Shown here piece after piece: positions 44,583 to 53,731 of a stretch of DNA of 64,000 nucleotides (positions are counted from its first letter, which is position 1; every line of letters starts with the position of its first letter). The position numbers and the translations under genes are program-made. Origin of the DNA: Bacillales bacterium (GTDB lineage: Bacteria; Bacillota; Bacilli; JARBTR01). The DNA is taken from NCBI GenBank assembly GCA_031554185.1, contig JAVBKE010000023.1, positions 15,597 to 79,596 of the forward strand. Reading direction: 5' to 3'. Below the pieces are notes generated by a model. That model searched no databases. It was not told the DNA's origin and saw only the letters and a list, made by a program, of their open reading frames with translations.

Positions 44583-44794
44583 TGAAATTTTCGATATTTA
44601 AACGAAAGAAACAAGAAAAAACTCCAGAAAATCTTTCTCCTCAAGAAAAAATTGCATATAAATTATTGAAATCTGGAGCGACTGCTCCAAAACTTTTAGA
44701 GGAAGGAATTGGAAACCCATATTCAGTTATTCATAAACTTCGATCAAGAGGAATTTGTATTAAAAATAGTGGTGGCGTTTATAAATTAAATTAA
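44582..44794 (+). CDS. hypothetical small basic protein
   Basis: 70-aa ORF overlapping upstream stop. Confidence 0.4.
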   Translation: MKFSIFKRKKQEKTPENLSPQEKIAYKLLKSGATAPKLLEEGIGNPYSVIHKLRSRGICIKNSGGVYKLN

Positions 44795-44829
44795 TTTACA
44801 ATTCGTTGTAAAAGATTTATAATATACTT

Positions 44830-47800
44830 ATGAGTGAATTAAAGTCTAGCGATTTTGTATATCTCCACAATCACACAGAAATGGGCTCACTTTTAGATGG
44901 ATTGTCTAAAATTGATGAAATGGTTGAAAAGGTCAAAGAATATGGAATGGTTGCATGTGGTATTACTGATCACGGAAGAATGGCAGGAGCGCTAGATTTT
45001 TACAAGAAATGCAAGCAAAATGGAATAAATCCAGTCATTGGATGTGAATTCTATGTTGCAAAAAGAAAACACACTGACAAAGAACCAGAAGATAAACCAA
45101 GGTCCCACTTAACTGTTCTATGTATTTCAAATCAAGGTTGGAAAAACCTTTGTGAATTAAATTATAGGGCAGGAAAAGATGGATTTTACTATAAGCCAAG
45201 GATTGACAAAGAGTTATTGCTTAAGTGCAAAGAGGGTTTAGTTGTTCTTTCTGGTTGTGCAAGTGGAGAAATCGGTGAAGCATTAAAAATCGACGATTAC
45301 AACACAGCAAGAGAAATAGCTTTATGGTATAAAGAAAACTTTGGAGAAAATTTTTATTTAGAGATTCAGATGCATGGTCACAAAGATTTCCATAAACACT
45401 GGGACGTTCAAGGAAAAATTAATGATGGGCTTGACAGGTTGTCAAAGGAGTTGGACATTCCCCAAGTGTTGACAGCTGACTCTCACTATGTCAATAAAGA
45501 CGATACATATAATCATGAAATTCTTCTTTGTATTGGTACAGCTTCGAATTATGACAACCCAAACAGAATGAGTTTGCAGAATTTTGACTTGAGTTTAACT
45601 GATCCTCAAGTTGTCATTGACTTATTCGGAAAAACTCATCCAGAAGCGATAAGAAATACAAAAAGAATAGCAGACCAAAACACTCTTGAAATTGAAATGG
45701 ATAAAACTTATGTTCCAACATTTTTGTGTCCTGATGGATTGTCAGAAAAAGATTACCTGAGAAGACTTACATGGAAAGGTTTGACAAAGAGATACTTGAA
45801 CACAGAGGTAGAAACTGAGGAAGAAGCTAAAAAAATCTTAAGTAAAGAGATTATAGATCAAACTGAGTATGAATTGTCGACAGTGAATAAACTCGGATAT
45901 AACGGATATTTCTTAATCACTCAAGAATTCATCGTTTGGGGAAAAGATAGAGGAATTTTGTTTGGACCAGGACGAGGATCAGCTGCTGGAAGTATCGTTT
46001 GCTATGCACTAAGAATCACAGAGATCGATCCAATTGAAGCAGACCTAATGTTCGAAAGGTTTTTGAATCCCGATAGACTTTCTATGCCAGACATAGACAC
46101 AGATATTCAAGACTCAAGAAGAGATGAAGTTTTAGATCATTGTAAAGATTTATATGGTAATGAGAACGTTACGTGCATCGGTGTCTTTGGAACACTTCGA
46201 GCGAAAAATGCAGTAAGAGATGTTGCAAGAGTTTTGGAGTACCCGTATACTGAGAGTTTAAAGCTTTCTAAAATGATCTCAGATGCTCAGCATAATGGGG
46301 GAAACTATCTTCCAAATGAAATTAAAGAAAATGAAGACTTTAAAAAAGAGTATGAAGGAAGTTCTGAAGTAAGAAAAATTGTAGATACAGCAATAAAACT
46401 TGAAGGAAATCATAGAACTCATGGTGTTCATGCTTGCGCAGTTGTTATTAGTCCAAAACCGATTTATGAATATATGCCTTGTGAAGCAGCTCAAAACGGA
46501 GAAATGGCAACTCAGTTTGCAATGCATGATGTCGAAGAACTAGGACTTTTGAAGATGGACTTTTTAGGACTTTCAACCTTGACAGTTATTGATAACACAG
46601 TGAAAATGATTAAAAAAACAAGAGGAGTTGATGTTGATATTCACAATATTCCTTTAGATGATTATGAAACTTATAAGTTATATCGAGAAAAACGAAGCAA
46701 CAATACATTTACGTTCAACTCTCCAGGAATGAGAGCAACATTGGCGGGTTTAGAGGCGGACAATTTCGAAGATCTTGTTGCAACGAATGCGCTATACAGG
46801 CCTGGTCCTATGCAATATATAGGAAGTTATATCAAAAGAAAAAAGGGAACAGAGAAAATTAAGTATCTTCTAAAAGGAAGTGAAAAATTTCTTTCTAAAA
46901 CTTATGGGTACATAGTTTACCAAGAACAATGGATGCGCATTTGTGAGTTTTACGGTTTTCGTGGTGGAGAGCTCGACAACGCAAGGAAAGCAATTGCAAA
47001 GAAAAATGTTGCTTTGATGGAAGTTGTTAAAGAAAAGTTTTATGCTGGTGCAATGGAACACGGAAACAGTAAACAAACGATTGATACTTTTTGGAATGAA
47101 CTCCTAGATTTCGCAAATTACTCGTTTAATAGATCCCATGCATATGCATATGCCTTAGTTGGATATCAAACAGCTTATTTGAAAGCTCATTATCCAGCAG
47201 AGTATATGGCATCAATAATGATTAATGTCAAGGGTGACAAAGAGAAACTTGAAACAGCTATTTCAGATGCAAGGTCAGAAGGAGTAAAAGTTAATCCTCC
47301 AAATGTTGTTGAATCAGATATTGACTTTACTGTGAACTCAAAAGGAGAAATTGTTTTTGGTCTCTCTGCGATAAAAGGAATTGGAAAAAGTGCAGATATA
47401 ATTGTCGAAAAAGCAAATGGAAAAGACATAAAAACATTGGAAGAGTTCTTGTCGTTGTTTCCAGGATCTGAATTGAATAAGAGGTCCCTAGAAGGTCTTG
47501 CAAAGTCAGGAGCACTAGATAATTTCGGAGACAGGTATGCTCTAGTTTTTAGTTTAGGCGAGATAAGTGAGCAAAGAGCACTGATAAATAAAGAGTTTAA
47601 TAAAGTTAACAAAGATCAAACATCACTATTAGACGGAATAGAAGATTTTACAGTTACTAAGTTAAATATAATCAGGCCACCAAAAATAGACAGAGCAAAG
47701 ATGTTTCAAGATGAAAGAGAGTACATCGGAACATATGTTTCTGGCCACCCTTTAGATGATTATGAATCAAAGGTGAAAAATAAACCTGGAACAAATATTT

Positions 47801-48069
47801 GGACAGGTGTGATTGGTTTGATATCTTCAAAAAGAATAATTACTACTAGGTATGGAGATAAGATGTGTTTCTTGGTGATTGATTCAAAGAAGGAGGAATT
47901 TGAAGTTACAGTTCCTCCAAAGGTATATAAAATTAAGTCACACGAATTAAAAGAAAATCATCCACTATTGATGTCTCTAGAAAGAAAAGAAACAGAATCA
48001 GGACAGGTAAAGTGGTCAATGGTTGATTCACGAGATTTATTGGCCACTGATGCATTATTGAATAAATAA
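44830..48069 (+). CDS. dnaE: DNA polymerase III alpha subunit (DnaE-type, PHP N-terminus)
   Basis: N-terminal PHP motif FVYLHNHTEMGSLLDG, 1079 aa, polymerase-core and OB-like regions. Confidence 0.85.
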   Translation: MSELKSSDFVYLHNHTEMGSLLDGLSKIDEMVEKVKEYGMVACGITDHGRMAGALDFYKKCKQNGINPVIGCEFYVAKRKHTDKEPEDKPRSHLTVLCISNQGWKNLCELNYRAGKDGFYYKPRIDKELLLKCKEGLVVLSGCASGEIGEALKIDDYNTAREIALWYKENFGENFYLEIQMHGHKDFHKHWDVQGKINDGLDRLSKELDIPQVLTADSHYVNKDDTYNHEILLCIGTASNYDNPNRMSLQNFDLSLTDPQVVIDLFGKTHPEAIRNTKRIADQNTLEIEMDKTYVPTFLCPDGLSEKDYLRRLTWKGLTKRYLNTEVETEEEAKKILSKEIIDQTEYELSTVNKLGYNGYFLITQEFIVWGKDRGILFGPGRGSAAGSIVCYALRITEIDPIEADLMFERFLNPDRLSMPDIDTDIQDSRRDEVLDHCKDLYGNENVTCIGVFGTLRAKNAVRDVARVLEYPYTESLKLSKMISDAQHNGGNYLPNEIKENEDFKKEYEGSSEVRKIVDTAIKLEGNHRTHGVHACAVVISPKPIYEYMPCEAAQNGEMATQFAMHDVEELGLLKMDFLGLSTLTVIDNTVKMIKKTRGVDVDIHNIPLDDYETYKLYREKRSNNTFTFNSPGMRATLAGLEADNFEDLVATNALYRPGPMQYIGSYIKRKKGTEKIKYLLKGSEKFLSKTYGYIVYQEQWMRICEFYGFRGGELDNARKAIAKKNVALMEVVKEKFYAGAMEHGNSKQTIDTFWNELLDFANYSFNRSHAYAYALVGYQTAYLKAHYPAEYMASIMINVKGDKEKLETAISDARSEGVKVNPPNVVESDIDFTVNSKGEIVFGLSAIKGIGKSADIIVEKANGKDIKTLEEFLSLFPGSELNKRSLEGLAKSGALDNFGDRYALVFSLGEISEQRALINKEFNKVNKDQTSLLDGIEDFTVTKLNIIRPPKIDRAKMFQDEREYIGTYVSGHPLDDYESKVKNKPGTNIWTGVIGLISSKRIITTRYGDKMCFLVIDSKKEEFEVTVPPKVYKIKSHELKENHPLLMSLERKETESGQVKWSMVDSRDLLATDALLNK

Positions 48070-48392
48070 ATCCTTTACTTTAAAAACGTAAAATGGTATT
48101 ATTAAAAAGTAGCTGATGGGTTCGCGACCCCTGTTCAACTAAGATATAGGCGAGGTATGCACGAAAGTTGTTAAAAAAGATACGCCGCTTGTGAGGTTTT
48201 CCGCCTTTAATAGAAAACCAAGTCTAGTGCCAGAAGGTCTTAGGGCCTGAACCGACTAAAAATCGGAGTTCCACTACAACTACCTGTGGTTGACGGTCAG
48301 CTGCTGTGATTGTTACTCTTCAATCAAAAAAGAGCAAGTTTGCTGGTATCCTTGGTCAAAATAAAAACCAGCTACAAGTTTTGGTTACAATA

Positions 48393-48417
48393 AAAGCTCC
48401 TTAATTGGAGCTTTTTG
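48393..48417 (+). terminator. rho-independent terminator
   Basis: aaagctcc-ttaatt-ggagcttt hairpin plus TTT. Confidence 0.55.
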
Positions 48418-48479
48418 CTTATGATGGTAGTTTATAAAGGTTTATGAAAATGATGTCTCTGGAGTCATCTGGTGATCTC

Positions 48480-48713
48480 CTAGAATACCATATACCTCAT
48501 GTACTTGTCTAATATGTTTGTTTCTTTTCCTGAATCATTTTTGTAAAATCCGTAATAGTATTTGAATTTTCCTAAGATATAGTCAAAATCTTTTCCTTGA
48601 TATCGTTTTTGGTTTTTAAAATCTTTCAAGAACTTGTTGAATGTATTGATAGCGTCGACCTCTGAGTAGCTGTCGAATATTGTTTGATTTTGTTTTTTTA
48701 TGATGAACCTCAT
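48480..48713 (-). CDS. hypothetical protein (lone leftward gene)
   Basis: 77-aa ORF with GGAGGGG RBS 5-7 nt upstream on minus strand. Confidence 0.5.
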   Translation of the reverse strand: MRFIIKKQNQTIFDSYSEVDAINTFNKFLKDFKNQKRYQGKDFDYILGKFKYYYGFYKNDSGKETNILDKYMRYMVF

Positions 48714-48770
48714 TGTGCCCCTCCTTAAGTATGTATAACCATTATAAACTTTATTCTTTGAAAAGTAAAT

Positions 48771-48783
48771 AAAGTATTTACTA
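48771..48783. promoter_or_regulatory. operator-like palindrome half-site pair AAAGTAAATAAAGTATTTACTA
   Basis: overlapping inverted-repeat motif copies. Confidence 0.35.
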
Positions 48784-48822
48784 TTTATTAATATTCTTGA
48801 TCTAAGTTGAAAATCTTTGTAA

Positions 48823-48836
48823 AAAGTATTTACTTT
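48823..48836. promoter_or_regulatory. operator-like palindrome AAAGTATTTACTTT followed by tagcataaatggtatataat promoter
   Basis: inverted-repeat motif plus TATAAT at 48852-48857. Confidence 0.45.
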
Positions 48837-48903
48837 TTAGCATAAATGGTATATAATCTTAACATAACCACAAATAATAGATGGTTAAACAAGGAACAAT
48901 CTA

Positions 48904-49164
48904 ATGAAAAACACCACCACAAGTCAAACATCAGAAACTTCACCAGAAGTATTAAAATATCAGTTAGCTTCTGTAAAACGAGATTCTCGAAAAAATATTA
49001 TTATCGCAACTTTGGTAACTCTGTTGGTCGCATTTATTTTAGGATATATGGTTTCTGCATTTCAAAATGGTCCCAATGGGAATCAGGTAAATGCTCTTCA
49101 ATCTCAAATAAATGAGAATACAAACCAGTTAAAAGTCCTACAGTCAGCTCAAGAACAGAAATAG
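48904..49164 (+). CDS. TM + coiled-coil protein (N-terminal part of a split SLT-family gene?)
   Basis: 86 aa with TM helix and coiled coil resembling N-terminal half of the 42986 gene product. Confidence 0.45.
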   Translation: MKNTTTSQTSETSPEVLKYQLASVKRDSRKNIIIATLVTLLVAFILGYMVSAFQNGPNGNQVNALQSQINENTNQLKVLQSAQEQK

Positions 49165-49244
49165 ATACTCAATCCCCTGAGCAATCAGGGGCTCAAAGTA
49201 TAGTTCAAAAAGTTGACGAACCTAAATATGAAGGTTGTAGATTA

Positions 49245-49517
49245 TTGCTTCACAACTCTGGAATAGAAGATTTTGAAATCGAAGATGCGTATACACTTGT
49301 AATGAAAGAATCGTCATGCAGAATTAATGCAGAAAACCCAGAATCAGGAGCATACGGTCTCCCTCAAAGTTTACCTGCTGAGAAAATGGCATCGATGGGA
49401 GGTGACTGGAGAACAAATCCAAACACTCAACTCAAATGGATGAAAGATTACGTTTACAAGAGGTATGGTGGATTTAATCAAGCTTTGCAATTTCATTTAT
49501 CGAATAACTGGTATTAG
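49245..49517 (+). CDS. SLT-domain fragment (frame -1 relative to the upstream ORF; possible frameshifted or two-part gene)
   Basis: KESSCRINAENPESGAYGLPQ SLT motif and C-terminal NNWY like the 42986 protein; frame open back to 49116, overlapping the upstream ORF end. Confidence 0.45.
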   Translation: MLHNSGIEDFEIEDAYTLVMKESSCRINAENPESGAYGLPQSLPAEKMASMGGDWRTNPNTQLKWMKDYVYKRYGGFNQALQFHLSNNWY

Positions 49518-49584
49518 TTTATAGTGAAATTAATCGATAAACAAATGATGTCAGATACTTGTAGTTAATTCGAATAAGTAATTT

Positions 49585-49593
49585 TGGTATAAT
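49585..49593 (+). promoter_or_regulatory. extended -10 promoter TGGTATAAT
   Basis: TGnTATAAT upstream of the 49623 gene. Confidence 0.35.
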
Positions 49594-49622
49594 TGCTCCA
49601 TACAATACATGGAGCAATTTTT

Positions 49623-50198
49623 ATGAAAACTATTAAAACAAACGTTAAAATTAATTCTCGAGACATCTCAGCGCAAGATGATTCGACGATTAGATTCAAT
49701 CAGCCTCTGGCAATTACAGATAACTCAACTCAATGGAATGGAACACAATACGACATTGATTCTCTTGATATGAATTATTTCGATGGAATTGTTTCTGCCA
49801 ATCATGGACAAAATATTCAAGATGCAATTGGAAAAGTAGTTGGATTGAAAAAAGTTGGAAATAAAATAATCATCGAAGGTATTAAATATGCCACTAAGAT
49901 TAATCCTATCGCCCAGCTTGCATATAATCTTATGAAAGAAGGATTTGTTACTGGAGTTTCAATCGAAACTGTTGGACCAGATCCCGATTCAAATCTTACT
50001 TGGAAAAATCACAAGTTATCTGGACTTTCACAAGTTCTTCACCCGAATAATACAAATGCATACGCTGTTGTCTCTAATTCAATTAATCAAGCTAGAAAAA
50101 ATGGACTTGACATCACAGAATTAGAAGGTATTAAACAAGACCTTACTCGGCTTCAACGATTAAATAACTTAGTTTTTCGATTCGAAAAAAGACAATAA
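49623..50198 (+). CDS. hypothetical protein
   Basis: ATG 49623 with GGAG 8 nt upstream. Confidence 0.45.
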   Translation: MKTIKTNVKINSRDISAQDDSTIRFNQPLAITDNSTQWNGTQYDIDSLDMNYFDGIVSANHGQNIQDAIGKVVGLKKVGNKIIIEGIKYATKINPIAQLAYNLMKEGFVTGVSIETVGPDPDSNLTWKNHKLSGLSQVLHPNNTNAYAVVSNSINQARKNGLDITELEGIKQDLTRLQRLNNLVFRFEKRQ

Positions 50199-50270
50199 CA
50201 GATTTACTTTAGATAATGTAAAGGGTATAATAGATACATACACTTGAATTATAATTGTGTGTGGATAATT

Positions 50271-50519
50271 ATGACATTAAAACACAAGAGTCCAAAAGAA
50301 TTGAGGGAAGAGAAACGTAGGAGGATAGTAAACGTTTCAAAGTCTGACAATTACCTTTATTGTCCCGATGCACACAAAAATAAGTTTAACTATTCTACTG
50401 AAAAGAAAGCTCAACTAGCGATTCAATATTCTAATGGATCGACAGTGAGATTCTATCATTGCAACAAGTGTTGTTCGTATCATACGACGTCAAAGCCTTT
50501 AAGAGAGGTAGACACTTAA
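50271..50519 (+). CDS. hypothetical Cys-rich small protein
   Basis: CPDAH...HCNKCCSYH motif; start uncertain (track 50244 TTG). Confidence 0.35.
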   Translation: MTLKHKSPKELREEKRRRIVNVSKSDNYLYCPDAHKNKFNYSTEKKAQLAIQYSNGSTVRFYHCNKCCSYHTTSKPLREVDT

Positions 50520-50558
50520 TATTTATTTTGTTGTATAATAAATAAAAAGGAGAATTAT

Positions 50559-50831
50559 ATGTCAAAAAGAAATGCTTACCCAATTTCAATGCTACTAAAG
50601 CTAAAGGCTCTCAATCCAAGTCAGAACTTTGAAGGCGAAGATAAAAGAGTTTATGAAGAGTGGCTTGAAAAAGAAGCTGAAAATTCTTTACTAAACGAGC
50701 TCGATAAAGTCGAAAAGAAGCCAAAGATGAAAAAAGTAAAACAAGTTGTTGAACCGACTGATACTCAATCGATGGACGTGGTGGTTCCTGAAGATGTCTC
50801 CGAAGACAAAACAGACAAGACAGAAGTTTAA
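50559..50831 (+). CDS. hypothetical acidic protein
   Basis: AAGGAG RBS; 90 aa. Confidence 0.45.
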   Translation: MSKRNAYPISMLLKLKALNPSQNFEGEDKRVYEEWLEKEAENSLLNELDKVEKKPKMKKVKQVVEPTDTQSMDVVVPEDVSEDKTDKTEV

Positions 50832-51153
50832 TTCTCTTAAAAAAACAAATCGGTATAAAAATTTCCGAAAAAGACAATATGTCTATCAGCTAGGTAGGTG
50901 CTGTTATTGCAAAAGGTTGTTGAAAAATGTTCCATGGCATTTCGAACACATACGACCAGTCTCTCAAGGTGGAGTTAGGGTAAATAATTACGCAAATCTT
51001 GCTCTTTCGTGTCCTTCTTGCAACATCAAAAAAGGAGCTATGAGAGGAGTTCAATATCCTCAATGGATACTAGACAGGAAACAAATGTTTGAAAAAGTTT
51101 CTGCAAAAGAGATTCACAAACTTTACTATACTCTTAGAGAAATGGGAAGATGA
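50794..51153 (+). CDS. HNH endonuclease
   Basis: CCYCKRLL...WHFEHIRPVSQGG...NLALSCPSCNIKKG HNH motif; start set to first ATG in frame (track 50746). Confidence 0.5.
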   Translation: MSPKTKQTRQKFNSLKKTNRYKNFRKRQYVYQLGRCCYCKRLLKNVPWHFEHIRPVSQGGVRVNNYANLALSCPSCNIKKGAMRGVQYPQWILDRKQMFEKVSAKEIHKLYYTLREMGR

Positions 51154-51179
51154 TACAATTATCCTAATTTAGGAGGTCT

Positions 51180-51404
51180 ATGAAATTAAAGAATATTTGT
51201 TGTCCAGGAGAAATCGTCAAACCTAATAACAGGGTTATTTCTTGCAATGCGTTGCTTTTAAAAGTTGGGCCATGTGAAAGAGGAGAAATAGTTTGCAGAA
51301 GGTGTAAGAAAAAGATTATTTTTTCTGTTAGCGAAAACCTTATTGGTGAAACTGTAGTCAAAATTAGATTGATCATTGACGAAGATGACGACCTAAGACT
51401 ATGA
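51180..51404 (+). CDS. Zn-ribbon small protein (CxxC x2)
   Basis: CCPGE...C..., CRRC motifs; AGGAGG RBS. Confidence 0.45.
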   Translation: MKLKNICCPGEIVKPNNRVISCNALLLKVGPCERGEIVCRRCKKKIIFSVSENLIGETVVKIRLIIDEDDDLRL

Positions 51405-51431
51405 TCTTGAAAATGGTAAAATAAGACCATT

Positions 51432-52142
51432 ATGGATATAGATATTTACCAGACGTTGACTGGAATTACAATTAAGGAATCTCAAATTCCTCAGTTCGAA
51501 GCATCAATGAATCGAGCTATGATTTTAGTTCAAAACGCATTAGGGTATATGTTCAACTATACTCCGACATTTTCTGAAAAAGGAGTTAGTCCCCGAGAAT
51601 GTGATTGTCCAACTGATGATTCTTCTCTTTTACCACCAGAAATAATTTCTGGAGAAGTTAAGTTATTCAGATACGACGTTAGTGATGTTCAAATAAGAAT
51701 TGATCCAGCTTCGGCAATTTATGCAGCAAAATTAATTGTTCCTGACAAAGGTGATAGCGAAAGATTCGTTTCTGTTAAAAAAATAGAAAAATGGATTCCA
51801 AAATACAACGAACAAGGTTGGACAACTTACATAGAAAAGTGTGAAGGTTGGCCTTTTTCGTTATGTGGATGTGATTGCAAAAACTGTGTTTTATTAGCTG
51901 TTTGGGGAGACTGGATAGATGTTATTCCTGTCGATCTTCAATATCTGATTTGCGACATGATTACATTCTTTATGAATAACAATCCCTTAGAAAGAGGAAT
52001 AAAATCTGAATCAGTCGACGGTCACTCTGTAAGTTACGACAATTCTCCGACAAATCCTATTGACTCTCCAATGTATTCATCTTTGATAAAAAAATATATG
52101 GGTCCTTATTCTCCATACTATAAAAAAGTAATGATTGTTTAA
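51432..52142 (+). CDS. hypothetical Cys-rich protein (possible head-tail connector/adaptor)
   Basis: 236 aa, directly upstream of fibre-like gene family; position-based. Confidence 0.4.
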   Translation: MDIDIYQTLTGITIKESQIPQFEASMNRAMILVQNALGYMFNYTPTFSEKGVSPRECDCPTDDSSLLPPEIISGEVKLFRYDVSDVQIRIDPASAIYAAKLIVPDKGDSERFVSVKKIEKWIPKYNEQGWTTYIEKCEGWPFSLCGCDCKNCVLLAVWGDWIDVIPVDLQYLICDMITFFMNNNPLERGIKSESVDGHSVSYDNSPTNPIDSPMYSSLIKKYMGPYSPYYKKVMIV

Positions 52143-52543
52143 TGAAACGAATTGACACAAGTAAAGATTCAATTACACTATATTCGTATGGTCCAAATGG
52201 ATGGGGTGATAAAACCCTTAAAGACACAAGAGAGATAAATTGTTTGTTTCAGTTAGGAATGACACAAAATAGAAATGATTATGTCGATGGCTTGGGAACC
52301 GATGCTCATGTTTATCTTAATGAAGAAGATGAATATGTTCTTAGCCAAGTTTATAGATTAGAAGGTTGTTATGTGAATTACTCAACCCTTGGTGGTGATG
52401 AAAAAGACAATTGGTACAAAATTGAAAGAGTCAAACCTGGACGAGAAACTCTTACAACGAATGAGATAAACTGTGTTCATTGTTTTTTGACAAAGAGTAC
52501 ACCTCATTCTGCTGAAATTCCAGCACCAGTTCCTGTGCCATAA
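52142..52543 (+). CDS. hypothetical protein
   Basis: 133-aa ORF with ATG overlapping upstream stop. Confidence 0.4.
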   Translation: MKRIDTSKDSITLYSYGPNGWGDKTLKDTREINCLFQLGMTQNRNDYVDGLGTDAHVYLNEEDEYVLSQVYRLEGCYVNYSTLGGDEKDNWYKIERVKPGRETLTTNEINCVHCFLTKSTPHSAEIPAPVPVP

Positions 52544-52644
52544 CGAATTGGATTATCATAATTTGGTAGAATATAGATAGAATTATTAACCATGAATCTA
52601 AATGAGTAAGTGGAAAATTAAAGTAAGGAAAAGACGGTGAAATA

Positions 52645-53718
52645 ATGGATTATCCGATCGAAAAATTAAAAGATTATAAATTTCCAGCTAGAACTGAAGG
52701 AGTCAAGATCCAGACTCAATCTGAAGGAAAATCCGGTTTTCCGTCAAGGGTCAACAATCAATTAATTGGAACTTCTGATTTAGTTTCAGGAGTTGTTGTC
52801 ACAGACGAACTTCCTGTAGAGGGGCAAGAAGGAGTCTTGTATTATAACTCTGTTGATGGAACTTTGTGGGTTTGGGACGATGGATCATATCACCCAATTG
52901 GTGGTTCTACTGATTCGAAGTTTAGGGGAATCTATGAAACTCCTGCAGAATTAAGTTCTATTGAAGACCCGCTTGAAGGTGACTACGCAACTGTTGTTGA
53001 AACTCAAACAACTTGGTCGTATGACGGAACAACATGGATAGATACTGAAATTTCAGTATTAAGTGTTCAATCAGTCAATGGTAAAACAGGTGTCGTTGTA
53101 TTAGACAAAACTGATATTGGACTTGAAAATGTTGACAACACCTCTGACTTAAACAAGCCAGTTTCAACTGCGACTCAAAGTTCTATTGATCAACTTGATT
53201 CAGAGGTTACCACAGAAATAGGAACTTTGAACGATAGAGTTAACGATGCGTGGAATGCTATCGGAAATATTGACTATGTCGACAACGTTCCAGAGTTGAA
53301 AAAACATAAGATTGGTGAATTTCATGATTACACTCAATCACCAAAAGATGTCAATGAAACTATAACTCCATTGGTTGACAACGGAGATGGAACTTATACA
53401 TACACTGATCAAACAGGGGTTTCAACAACCTTTTCTGCAAATGCCTCGACACCTCCTGAAGTTTCTGTCGAACAAACAACTTATGATGAGATGGGAAACG
53501 GAGTTGCAACAACATTTGCCACTTTAGTTCCAGGTCTAACGACTTCCCCTCAAAATTATATTTTAAATATTTATAAAAATGGTCTATTACAACGTCAAGG
53601 TTCAGGAAAAGATTGTGAAACGACAATCACAAATGGTAGTGTAGAAGTTACATTTCCAGCTGCACCGAAAACAAATGATAATATTGTAATAGAGGCAAAC
53701 GTAACCAAAATAATCTAA
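52645..53718 (+). CDS. fibre-like structural protein (shares modules with the 53732 and 57607 proteins)
   Basis: 357 aa; VDNGDGTYTYTDQTGVSTTF module; C-terminal NYILNIYKNGLLQRQGSGKD domain similar to the C-terminus of the next ORF. Confidence 0.5.
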   Translation: MDYPIEKLKDYKFPARTEGVKIQTQSEGKSGFPSRVNNQLIGTSDLVSGVVVTDELPVEGQEGVLYYNSVDGTLWVWDDGSYHPIGGSTDSKFRGIYETPAELSSIEDPLEGDYATVVETQTTWSYDGTTWIDTEISVLSVQSVNGKTGVVVLDKTDIGLENVDNTSDLNKPVSTATQSSIDQLDSEVTTEIGTLNDRVNDAWNAIGNIDYVDNVPELKKHKIGEFHDYTQSPKDVNETITPLVDNGDGTYTYTDQTGVSTTFSANASTPPEVSVEQTTYDEMGNGVATTFATLVPGLTTSPQNYILNIYKNGLLQRQGSGKDCETTITNGSVEVTFPAAPKTNDNIVIEANVTKII

Positions 53719-53731
53719 AGGAGATTTATAA

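Noticed and set aside
46279-47612. Minus-strand ORFs inside dnaE
   Set aside because: Antisense to a 1079-aa conserved polymerase gene
49116-49164. Assigning a canonical X-XXY-YYZ programmed -1 frameshift heptamer for the split SLT gene
   Set aside because: The overlap contains g-tta-aaa-g, which is not a perfect slippery heptamer; the mechanism (programmed shift versus mutation) is left open
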